A stretch of 64,000 nucleotides of DNA from an uncultured bacterium (GTDB lineage Bacteria; Bacillota_I; Bacilli_A; RF39; UBA660): positions 349-64,348 of the forward strand of contig CASDZZ010000003.1 in the NCBI GenBank assembly GCA_949285875.1, written 5' to 3'. Shown one piece after another: positions 55,988 through 64,000 of this stretch; position 1 is the first letter of the stretch; each line of letters begins with the position of its first letter. Made by a program: the position numbers and the translations under genes. The notes under the pieces were generated by a model. It had not been told where the DNA came from, did not search any database, and was given only the letters and a program-made list of their open reading frames with translations.

Positions 55988-57727
55988 ATGGAGAAAATTC
56001 CTTATGATATAATTCTAAATATTCAAAGAAAAGTAAACATTGTTGATGTTATAGCAGAATATCTACCTTTAGAACAAAAAGGAAAAAATTACTTTGCTAT
56101 TTGTCCTTTTCATGATGATCACAATCCTAGTATGAGTATTTCTCCTGAAAAACAAATATATACATGTTTTGTTTGCGGAGCTTCAGGAAATGTATTCAAT
56201 TTTGTTATGAATTATGAAAAGGTAAGTTTTACTAAAGCCGTTTTAATGGTTGCGGAAAAAGCTGGAGTTAACTTAAATTTAAAAGCAGAAAATAGTGAGA
56301 AAAAAATTGACAGCTCACTAGAAAAATATTATAAAATTTTTGAAATTGTAAATAAGTTTTATCAAAATAATATAAAAACTACTTATGGTAAAAAAGCAGT
56401 AGAGTATTTAAATAGAAGAAACTTAGATGATGCAGTTATAAAAGAGTTCCAAATAGGTTTATCTTTTGATGATAATTCTGCAAGCAAACTTTTAACTAGC
56501 AAAGGCTATAGTAATGAAGATTTGGAAAAAATAGGATTATGCGGAGTTAAAGATAATTTTTGCTATGATATATTTAGAAATAGAATAATGTTTCCTTTAT
56601 CTGATTTAGAAGGCCATGTTATAGGATACTCAGGAAGAATTTATAATGGAGAAAATGATAATAAGTATGTTAATTCTAAAGAATCAATAATTTTTAAAAA
56701 AGGATTATTACTATATAATTATCATCGGGCTTTAAAATATGCTAGGGAAAAACATCAAATAATAGTTGTAGAAGGCTTTATGGATGTTATAAGATTATAC
56801 ACTATAGGAATTAAAAACGTAGTAGCTACCATGGGAACCGCAATAACTAAGGAACATGCTGACCTTATAAAAAAGTTATCTAAAAACGTTGTTTTATGTT
56901 TCGATGGTGATAATGCCGGACAGAAAGCTACTATATCAGCATTAGAGGCTTTAAATAAAATAGGATTAGATCCCAAAATAATAAGGTTAGAGGAAAATTA
57001 TGATCCGGATGACTACGTTATAAATAAAGGGGAAAATAATTTTCTTGGACATTTAAATAATCCTTTATCTAGTCTAGAATTTAAAATGGATGTTAATAAA
57101 AAAAATATTAATTTTAACGACTTTGTAGAAATATCTAAATATGTTAATGAAATGTCGAAAGAACTTGAAAAAATTACGGATAAAGTAGTGTACGAATTAA
57201 CGATAAAAAAGATTTCTAAAGAAACTAATGTTGATGTTGATACTATTAAAGCTTTAATTAATACGAATATTAAAGAAAAAAAAATAGTATATGAAAAACC
57301 TAAAGTAGCTATAGGAAATAAATATCAAAAGGCTGAAGAATTTTTGGTTTATTATATGCTTAGAAGTTCAGAAGCTATAAAATTATATCAAGATAATATT
57401 TCTTATTTTTCAAATAGATTATTAGCTAAAATAGCTATTCAAATACTTGAATTTTATAACAAAAATAATTATATTAATGTTACTGATTTTACTATTTTTT
57501 TAGAGGATAAAACTGATTTAATTAACGAGGTGTTAAGAATAGATAAGTTAAATCTTCCGGAAGAATTAAAAATAGAACAAATAAATGATTATATTAAGAC
57601 AATTGAAGAAGGAATTGTTAAGGAAGAAATACGTAATTTAAAATTAAAAATAAAAACTGAAAGTGATATTACAAAAAAAATAAGTTATTTAGAAAAATTG
57701 GCTAAATTGAAGAAGGAGTGTAAGTAA
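55988..57727 (+). CDS. dnaG: DNA primase DnaG
   Basis: I prefer the ATG at 55988 (RBS GGAGG 8 nt upstream). Zinc finger [30 protein letters not shown] and a TOPRIM domain ([18 protein letters not shown]). Confidence 0.95.
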   Translation: MEKIPYDIILNIQRKVNIVDVIAEYLPLEQKGKNYFAICPFHDDHNPSMSISPEKQIYTCFVCGASGNVFNFVMNYEKVSFTKAVLMVAEKAGVNLNLKAENSEKKIDSSLEKYYKIFEIVNKFYQNNIKTTYGKKAVEYLNRRNLDDAVIKEFQIGLSFDDNSASKLLTSKGYSNEDLEKIGLCGVKDNFCYDIFRNRIMFPLSDLEGHVIGYSGRIYNGENDNKYVNSKESIIFKKGLLLYNYHRALKYAREKHQIIVVEGFMDVIRLYTIGIKNVVATMGTAITKEHADLIKKLSKNVVLCFDGDNAGQKATISALEALNKIGLDPKIIRLEENYDPDDYVINKGENNFLGHLNNPLSSLEFKMDVNKKNINFNDFVEISKYVNEMSKELEKITDKVVYELTIKKISKETNVDVDTIKALINTNIKEKKIVYEKPKVAIGNKYQKAEEFLVYYMLRSSEAIKLYQDNISYFSNRLLAKIAIQILEFYNKNNYINVTDFTIFLEDKTDLINEVLRIDKLNLPEELKIEQINDYIKTIEEGIVKEEIRNLKLKIKTESDITKKISYLEKLAKLKKECK

Positions 57728-58815
57728 TGAACGAGATTAAAACTTTTGAACAAAGAAAAAAAGAATTATTAGAAAAGGGTAAAGAAAAAGGCTTTTTAAC
57801 TTATGAGGAGTTAGCAGAGGCTTTAAAAGGGTTGGAATTAGATAGTGATTCTTTAGATGATTTATACAATACTTTTCATGATAATAATATAGAAATTATT
57901 TCTGAAAATTTTGAGGATGAAGGAGACGTAGAAGATGAAGGTGATGCCTTGGTCTTAGAAGATGTAGCTCTTCCTAAAAATGCAAATATAAATGATCCTG
58001 TAAGGATGTATTTAAAAGAAATTGGTAAAATAAGTCTATTAAGTTTAGAAGAAGAACTTAAATTATCAAAAAGAGTAGAAGAAGGGGATGAAGAAGCTAA
58101 AAGAACTTTGGCTGAATCAAACTTAAGACTTGTTGTATCTATTGCTAAGCGTTATGTAGGTAGAAATTTATCATTTCTTGATTTAATTCAGGAAGGTAAT
58201 ATTGGACTTATGAAAGCAGTAGATAAGTTTGATGCATCAAAGGGTTATAAATTTTCTACTTATGCTACTTGGTGGATAAGACAAGCTATTACAAGGGCTA
58301 TTGCAGACCAGGCTAAAACAATTCGTGTTCCAGTACATATGGTAGAAACTATAAATAAATTAAAAAGAGTACAAAGACAATTAACACTTGAACTTAACAG
58401 AGAACCTAGTGAAGCTGAAATAGCTAAAAAGATGGGTACAACAGAAGATAAAGTAAGAGAAATATTTAAGATTTCTCAAGATCCTCTATCTTTAGAAACT
58501 CCTATCGGAGAAGAAGATGATTCGCATTTAGGTGATTTTCTTAAAGATGAAAGTAGTATGAGCCCAGAAGAATATGCTATTAACGAAGTATTAAAAGATG
58601 AGATAGAAGAAGTTTTATGTACGCTTACGCCAAGAGAAGAAGAAGTTTTAAAATTGAGATTTGGTCTTCATGGCGGAACTTGTCATACACTAGAGGAAGT
58701 AGGTAATATGTTTGGTGTCACAAGAGAAAGAATAAGACAAATAGAGGCTAAAGCTTTAAGAAAATTAAGACATCCTTCTAGATCAAGAAAGTTAAAGGAT
58801 TATTTAAGTGATTAA
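57727..58815 (+). CDS. sigA: Primary sigma factor SigA/RpoD
   Basis: Region 2 [18 protein letters not shown] and region 4 [20 protein letters not shown]. Its ATG overlaps the dnaG TAA (TAATG). Confidence 0.97.
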   Translation: MNEIKTFEQRKKELLEKGKEKGFLTYEELAEALKGLELDSDSLDDLYNTFHDNNIEIISENFEDEGDVEDEGDALVLEDVALPKNANINDPVRMYLKEIGKISLLSLEEELKLSKRVEEGDEEAKRTLAESNLRLVVSIAKRYVGRNLSFLDLIQEGNIGLMKAVDKFDASKGYKFSTYATWWIRQAITRAIADQAKTIRVPVHMVETINKLKRVQRQLTLELNREPSEAEIAKKMGTTEDKVREIFKISQDPLSLETPIGEEDDSHLGDFLKDESSMSPEEYAINEVLKDEIEEVLCTLTPREEEVLKLRFGLHGGTCHTLEEVGNMFGVTRERIRQIEAKALRKLRHPSRSRKLKDYLSD

Positions 58816-59494
58816 CGGGATAAAATTATCTAAAAGATTGCAAGCTATTGCTAACATGGTTAGTAAAGGAAGTATAATAGCAGATATAGGCTGTGACCAT
58901 GCTTTTTTAGATATATATTTAATTCAAAACAAAGTAATAAAAAAATCTTATGCTTGTGATGTAACGGAAGGGGCTTTAAATCAAGCTAAAAAAAATATAT
59001 CTATATCAAATGTTAATAATATTGAATTAAGATTGGGCGATGGTTTAAGTGTTATCTCTAAGGAAGATAATGTAGATACCATTGTTATGGCAGGATTAGG
59101 TAGTTCCAAAATAGTTGAAATTTTAACTAGTGGTATTAGTATTTTAAATGGAATTAGTAACTTAATAATTCAGTCTAATAATAAAGTTCCAGATATAAGA
59201 AGAAAAATTACTAAATTAGGATATTTTATAGAAGATGAAAAGCTGGTTGAAGAAAGAAATAAAATTTATACTGTTATAAAATTTACTAAGGGAAAAAGGA
59301 AATATAATAGTAAAGAGTTCCTTTTTGGACCTATTTTACTTTCTAATAAAGATAAGATATTTAATAAATGGCTTAATAGTGAGATTATTAAGTATAAATC
59401 AATATTAAAAAAATTACCAAAGAAAAATATTTTAAAAAGACTAAAGGTTTTAATCTTAATAATAGAAATTAATAAACAAAGAAAATGTCATTAA
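58808..59494 (+). CDS. trmK: tRNA (adenine22-N1)-methyltransferase TrmK (YqfN-like)
   Basis: GTG start overlapping the sigA stop. Motifs [12 protein letters not shown]...[15 protein letters not shown]. Position after sigA as in B. subtilis. Confidence 0.8.
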   Translation: MINGIKLSKRLQAIANMVSKGSIIADIGCDHAFLDIYLIQNKVIKKSYACDVTEGALNQAKKNISISNVNNIELRLGDGLSVISKEDNVDTIVMAGLGSSKIVEILTSGISILNGISNLIIQSNNKVPDIRRKITKLGYFIEDEKLVEERNKIYTVIKFTKGKRKYNSKEFLFGPILLSNKDKIFNKWLNSEIIKYKSILKKLPKKNILKRLKVLILIIEINKQRKCH

Positions 59495-59570
59495 AATGAT
59501 GTTTTTTTTATTGTATTCTTGACCATAATTATTAAAAATGTTAGTATTTAATTATAAGGAAGGTATTGAT

Positions 59571-60998
59571 ATGAATAGAGATAAATTTAGATTTATAAAA
59601 ACTCATAAAATTATGACTTTTGTAGTAGCAGCTATTTTAACTTTAACTATAGGCTATGCTATATTTAGTGAATCTATAGACATATTAGGACTTGCTTCTA
59701 CGGGAAGTAGCAATTTTAATATAGTGTTTGATAGAGTAGGACAAATAGAAGAACATGAAGCTACTGGTACCTCGGCAAATATCGTTGATGCTGGAAAGAA
59801 ACTTGAAATAAGAGTAGAACATTTAAAAATGCCATCATCTTATGTAGAAATACCTGTTGTAGTTAAAAATAAAGGTGATATAACAGCAAAGGTAAAAGAA
59901 ATTAAAACAAGTGGCCTTGATACAACAGATATTAAGGTAACTTATGAAGGATTGCTTTTGGAAGATGTCTTAAATCCAAACGATGAAAGAAGTTTAAAAA
60001 TTACTGTTACTTGGGATATGTCTTCAGTAAATCCTAACGTGGTTGCAGATTTTACGATTGAAATAGTATATGAGCAAGTGGTAGGAGAAACAACTACTTC
60101 TGCCCCAACTGAGATAGTTGATAACAGATTTATTTATGAAGGAACGAAATTAATGGGATTATCAGCTGAAGGAGAAGAATACTTCAAAACCAATAAAGAA
60201 TTAATTATTCCAGAGGGAACAACAGAAATAGCAGATGGTGCATTTTTAGTGCCTTATGGGTATACTGGTACTATACCGAATTTTGAAACATATGAGTCAG
60301 CAACAGATGAATTAATAGAATATAATAGAAAAAATAGTAGATTAAGTGGAGCAACTATTTCTTTTCCTAACTCTCTTAGAAAAATTGGGAATTCTGCATT
60401 TACTGGCTTATCGCTTACCGGAGATTTAACAATACCAAATAATGTTGAAGAGATTGGAGTATATGCTTTTTATTTAAATAATTTTAACGGAAATTTGAAA
60501 TTACCAGAAAAACTAGAAATTATTAAAGACTATTATTTTGCAGCAAATCAATTTACAGGAGATCTTTTAATGCCAAGAAGTATTGAAGAAATAGGAATTT
60601 CAGCATTTCAAATGGCAGGATTTAACGGAAGATTAATTTTGTCTGAAGGATTAAAAAAAGTTGGTCACTATGCTTTTTACACGTGTAATTTCATTGGTGA
60701 TTTAGTGATACCAGATAGTGTTACAGAAATAGGTGGAGTTGCTTTTGGAAGTGGTTATACAGGCAGTTTAACTATATCAAAAAATTTAACAGAAATACCT
60801 AAAATGGCTTTTATTGGAACTGGTTTTACTGGAGAATTATATATACCGGATAACATAGCTAACATTGATTATGGAGCTTTTTGGGAATGTAATAATATCA
60901 CATCCATATCTATATCGTCAGGTACAACATATAAAGAAGTTGCATCTGGTGGTGATAGACCATCCTTTCCAACAGGAATACCGATAAATGTAAGATAA
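59571..60998 (+). CDS. Surface protein: SipW-type signal / TasA-camelysin-like N-terminal domain fused to BspA-type leucine-rich repeats (LRR_5)
   Basis: I prefer the ATG at 59571 (RBS AAGGAAGG). The N-terminus TLTIGYAIFSESIDILG resembles the SipW-cognate signal (..A.FSD/E..). Six or more repeats of IP(D/N)xVxEIGxxAF follow, then a C-terminal FWECNNITSISI. Confidence 0.75.
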   Translation: MNRDKFRFIKTHKIMTFVVAAILTLTIGYAIFSESIDILGLASTGSSNFNIVFDRVGQIEEHEATGTSANIVDAGKKLEIRVEHLKMPSSYVEIPVVVKNKGDITAKVKEIKTSGLDTTDIKVTYEGLLLEDVLNPNDERSLKITVTWDMSSVNPNVVADFTIEIVYEQVVGETTTSAPTEIVDNRFIYEGTKLMGLSAEGEEYFKTNKELIIPEGTTEIADGAFLVPYGYTGTIPNFETYESATDELIEYNRKNSRLSGATISFPNSLRKIGNSAFTGLSLTGDLTIPNNVEEIGVYAFYLNNFNGNLKLPEKLEIIKDYYFAANQFTGDLLMPRSIEEIGISAFQMAGFNGRLILSEGLKKVGHYAFYTCNFIGDLVIPDSVTEIGGVAFGSGYTGSLTISKNLTEIPKMAFIGTGFTGELYIPDNIANIDYGAFWECNNITSISISSGTTYKEVASGGDRPSFPTGIPINVR

Positions 60999-61000
60999 AT

Positions 61001-61033
61001 AAAGACTTAGCTAATTTTTAAGCTAAGTCTTTT
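61001..61033. terminator. Bidirectional intrinsic terminator
   Basis: 12-bp perfect stem AAAGACTTAGCT / AGCTAAGTCTTT with an 8-nt loop, flanked by an A-run and a T-run between convergent genes. Confidence 0.85.
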
Positions 61034-61457
61034 ATAAAAAGAAAGTAGGTTCAGGATAGGTGTTTCTTTCTTGTGCACTTGAAATTTCATCTATATTTGT
61101 ATTAGTTTCTTGACTTGTGGTGTTAATGTTGTTATTATTTGAATTACTATTTATGTTTCTATTTGAATTATCACTCTTAATATTTGAATTCATAAATTCT
61201 TTACCTATTTTACCAAGTGTTCTTATGTTTTGAAACACAGGTTTTACTTGGTAATATAAAGGAATCGCCTGGTTAACTACATTTAGGGTTTTTTGAGCGT
61301 TTGTAAGCAGGGAAGACCAATTTATTTTTCCAAGCGCTGAAGCTGCAGAGCTAGCTTTGGAAAGATTAGCTGCCGTCCCTAAATTTGACAAGCCATTTGC
61401 TAGTGGTGCCGCTTGACTAAAAGATCCTGGCATCATATATGGAAACTGATTATACAT
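61032..61457 (-). CDS. YqfQ/VrrA-like protein
   Basis: NWSSLLTNAQKTLNVVNQAIPLYYQVKPVFQNIRTLGKI resembles the conserved core of YqfQ-family proteins. An N/S-rich tail follows. Its position near sigA-trmK matches the B. subtilis yqf region. Confidence 0.5.
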   Translation of the reverse strand: MYNQFPYMMPGSFSQAAPLANGLSNLGTAANLSKASSAASALGKINWSSLLTNAQKTLNVVNQAIPLYYQVKPVFQNIRTLGKIGKEFMNSNIKSDNSNRNINSNSNNNNINTTSQETNTNIDEISSAQERNTYPEPTFFL

Positions 61458-61587
61458 TATTATTTCACCTCTAATATATTATATGTATCTAAGTGTCATG
61501 GTTAATAACTTTGTAAAATTTGTTAATAATTATTTTATTATTTTTAATTGTGTGTTATAATAATTTAGAAGATAGGAAGGTGTTTTT

Positions 61588-63570
61588 ATGTCTGTAGTAG
61601 ATATATTGTTATTACCTTTTGTATTTATATATAAGGGTTTCGTAACAGTATTATTATTACCATATTATTTGGTCAAGGGAGTTATGGGTGTAGGAGGTTC
61701 TTCTAGTGCTCAAAAAGAAGCAAAATTTAAAATTGATACAAAAACAGAAATTAAAGATGGAAAGTTAGTTAAGACTGTAAAGCAGGTTCATAACCCAGAA
61801 AATGCTGCTCTTTTAACTGCTAAGAAACAAGAAACTGTATCGAGTGCTAAAGAATTTAATGGTGTTGAACAGCAAATAAAACCTGTTGTTATGCCAGAAA
61901 TTAAACAAGGTGAGGAAATTAAAGTAATTAATCAAGTTCGTTCTGCTTATAGTAAGCCAGTTACTCCTCCAAAAGAAACTGATCCTGTTAAAATTGCTGC
62001 GGTAAAAAAAGAAAAAACTTTAAAGCAGCAAAAGGAATTTGAAAGATTAGTAGCTAAGGCAAGAGAAGAAGAAGCTAAACGAGCTAGAGAAATGGAAGCT
62101 ATCAGAGCAGAAAGAGAAAAGAAAGAACAGGAAAGAAAAGCTAAAGAGTTAGAAAAAGCCAAACGTGAACAAATAGAAGAAGAGGAATATGAAAAAAGAA
62201 TTCAAGAAAGAATTAAAAATGGTGAACCAGTAACTTTTGGTGATAAAATAACAGCATTTTTTAAAAAATTGAATCATAATCCTAAGGAAGAGTTAGAGTT
62301 AGAAGCTAAGAAAACTGTTTTGGATGAGCAATTTAAAGACAAGAAAAATGCGGCTAATAGAATGGATAAAGCTTTAGTTTTTGACTATATAGCAAGAAAT
62401 CCTAAAGGACAATTAGAAAAAAGTAGTATAGAAGCATTATCAAGGGTTGATGTGCATTCATTTTTAGAGGCTGAAGGCTATGAAGTTTATGATATTACGA
62501 TAGCTAAATCTTCTAATGTTAATTTAATAGCTTTTAAAATGAAAAAGAGTAAGTTGATATTTTATTTATCACAACTTTCAGCTTATTTGAAGTCTGGTAT
62601 TGCTCTTGCTGAAGCGGTTAAAATTATAGAGAACCAAGCTAAAAATACTAACGAAAAAAAGGCCTGGAGAGCGGTGTACTATGATTTGTCAATGGGAGAT
62701 GTATTAAGTTCGGCACTAGAAAAAAGAAAAGAAGTGTTTCCTAAACTACTTATTAACATGATTAAAACGGCAGAGATGACTGGTAATTTAACTGAAACTT
62801 TAGATGATATGGTTGAATATTATACAGAATCTGAGCAAACAAAGAAACAAATGAAATCTGCTATGATGTATCCTACGGTAGTAACGCTTTTTGCTGTTGC
62901 GGTTGTTACGTTTATACTTATGTGGGTAGTTCCACAGTTTGTTGCAATATATGCAGATATGGATAGTGAATTACCAACAATTACTAAAATTGTCATTGCA
63001 ATTAGTGATTTTATTAAATCTTATTTAATAATAATTATAGTTATATTTATTGTATTAGTTTTAATATTGTCTTATATGTATAAAAATGTTAAATCATTTA
63101 GAAGATCACTTCAACAATTTGCTATGAACTTACCTGTATTTGGAAATATTATTATATATAATGAGGTAACCGTATTTACAAAAACATTTGCTAATTTAAT
63201 TAACCATAATGTTTTCATAACTGACACAATAGATGTTTTAAGTAAAATTACTGATAACGAAATTTATAAAAGGTTAATTTTTGAAACATCAAGAAATCTA
63301 ACTAAGGGTGAATCTATTTCTAAAGCTTTTGAGGGACATTGGGCTTTTCCTGATATTGCTTATCAAATGCTTATTACTGGAGAGAAGACTGGTAGATTAG
63401 GACCTATGATGGAAAAAGTTTCTGATTATTATCAGGAACAGCATAGAAATATTATAAATCAGATGAAAAGTCTTATAGAACCAGCTTTGATTGTATCTTT
63501 AGCTTTGATTGTTGGTGGAATATTGTTATCTGTTATAATTCCAATGTTTGCTATGTATGATAATTTATAG
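61588..63570 (+). CDS. pilC: Type IV pilus / T2SS platform protein PilC (GspF family) with a ~260-aa N-terminal extension
   Basis: Residues ~262-660 have the typical PilC layout: two T2SSF repeats, FPKLLINMIKTAEMTGNLTETL and AFPDIAYQMLITGEKTGRLGPMM, and 3 TM helices. Residues 1-261 add a TM hairpin and a K/E-rich coiled coil. Confidence 0.88.
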   Translation: MSVVDILLLPFVFIYKGFVTVLLLPYYLVKGVMGVGGSSSAQKEAKFKIDTKTEIKDGKLVKTVKQVHNPENAALLTAKKQETVSSAKEFNGVEQQIKPVVMPEIKQGEEIKVINQVRSAYSKPVTPPKETDPVKIAAVKKEKTLKQQKEFERLVAKAREEEAKRAREMEAIRAEREKKEQERKAKELEKAKREQIEEEEYEKRIQERIKNGEPVTFGDKITAFFKKLNHNPKEELELEAKKTVLDEQFKDKKNAANRMDKALVFDYIARNPKGQLEKSSIEALSRVDVHSFLEAEGYEVYDITIAKSSNVNLIAFKMKKSKLIFYLSQLSAYLKSGIALAEAVKIIENQAKNTNEKKAWRAVYYDLSMGDVLSSALEKRKEVFPKLLINMIKTAEMTGNLTETLDDMVEYYTESEQTKKQMKSAMMYPTVVTLFAVAVVTFILMWVVPQFVAIYADMDSELPTITKIVIAISDFIKSYLIIIIVIFIVLVLILSYMYKNVKSFRRSLQQFAMNLPVFGNIIIYNEVTVFTKTFANLINHNVFITDTIDVLSKITDNEIYKRLIFETSRNLTKGESISKAFEGHWAFPDIAYQMLITGEKTGRLGPMMEKVSDYYQEQHRNIINQMKSLIEPALIVSLALIVGGILLSVIIPMFAMYDNL

Positions 63571-63578
63571 GAGGAACT

Positions 63579-64000
63579 ATGAGTTTGCAACTAATTAATG
63601 GAATATTTGTGTTTATAATAGGAACTGTTTTTGGTTCCTTTTATAACGTAGTAGGTTATAGAGTACCTAATAATATGTCGATATCGTTTCCAGCTTCACA
63701 TTGCCCTAATTGCAATCATAAATTAAAATTTTATGAGCTTATTCCTATTTTTTCTTATATATTCCTAAGAGGAAAATGTTTTAAGTGTAAGGAAAAGATT
63801 TCTTTATTTTATCCTTTTTTTGAATTTTTGACAGGGATATCATTTTTACTTTCTTATATTGTTTTTGGCTTTAGTTTTGAATTTCTTATCGCTATAACAT
63901 TCCTTTCTATTTTAATCATAATTACGATAAGTGATTTAAAATATTATATTATTCCTGATGAAGTTTTAATTGTAGGGATAATTTTGATTATAGTTGAAAA
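63579..64000 (+). CDS. pilD: Prepilin peptidase (A24 family, PilD/ComC), 3'-truncated by the window edge
   Basis: My own translation gives MSLQLINGIFVFIIGTVFGSFYNVVGYRVP...HCPNCNHKL...LRGKCFKCKEKIS...ITISDLKYYIIPDE. It has the zinc-binding CxxC...CxxC pair and the first catalytic Asp region. RBS AGGAGG. Confidence 0.9.
   Translation, partial: MSLQLINGIFVFIIGTVFGSFYNVVGYRVPNNMSISFPASHCPNCNHKLKFYELIPIFSYIFLRGKCFKCKEKISLFYPFFEFLTGISFLLSYIVFGFSFEFLIAITFLSILIIITISDLKYYIIPDEVLIVGIILIIVE

Overview
This is an AT-rich (by eye roughly 70% A+T) chromosomal segment using the standard genetic code: TGA ends rsmE and ireB, and TGG encodes Trp. The host looks like a cell-walled (murE, mltG), probably endospore-forming (spoVID-like, ysxE-like, yqfQ-like) member of the Bacillota. 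Almost all genes lie on the + strand.

The backbone is housekeeping genes arranged in blocks that match the B. subtilis gene order as I recall it:
- lepA-hemW-hrcA-grpE-dnaK-dnaJ
- rsmE-mtaB
- recD2 ... alaS-ireB-ruvX-yrzB-trmR-yrrN-yrrO-greA
- tig-lon-spoVID-ysxE-valS
- proS, then dnaG-sigA-trmK-yqfQ

Three T-box leaders (Met, Ala, Val) and one CIRCE operator can be read directly in the sequence.

Several accessory elements interrupt this backbone:
1. A 2,844-nt group II intron with an RT/maturase/HNH ORF splits recD2 inside its Walker A codons.
2. An island between recD2 and alaS carries three tandem, separately transcribed proteins of 621-631 aa. Each has a canonical prepilin leader (giant modular type IV pilins), and one has a thrombospondin-type-1-like Cys motif.
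3. A PilC-like platform protein with a ~260-aa N-terminal extension, a prepilin peptidase, and an orphan Glu5-less pilin-like gene lie elsewhere in the window.
4. Two paralogous BspA-type LRR surface proteins have SipW/TasA-like N-termini. One is frameshifted.
5. A protein built from eight 34-aa repeats sits convergent with a stand-alone Clp-D1-like AAA+ ATPase.

No rRNA, tRNA or CRISPR array was seen. All homology calls rest on motif recognition by eye; no database search was possible.
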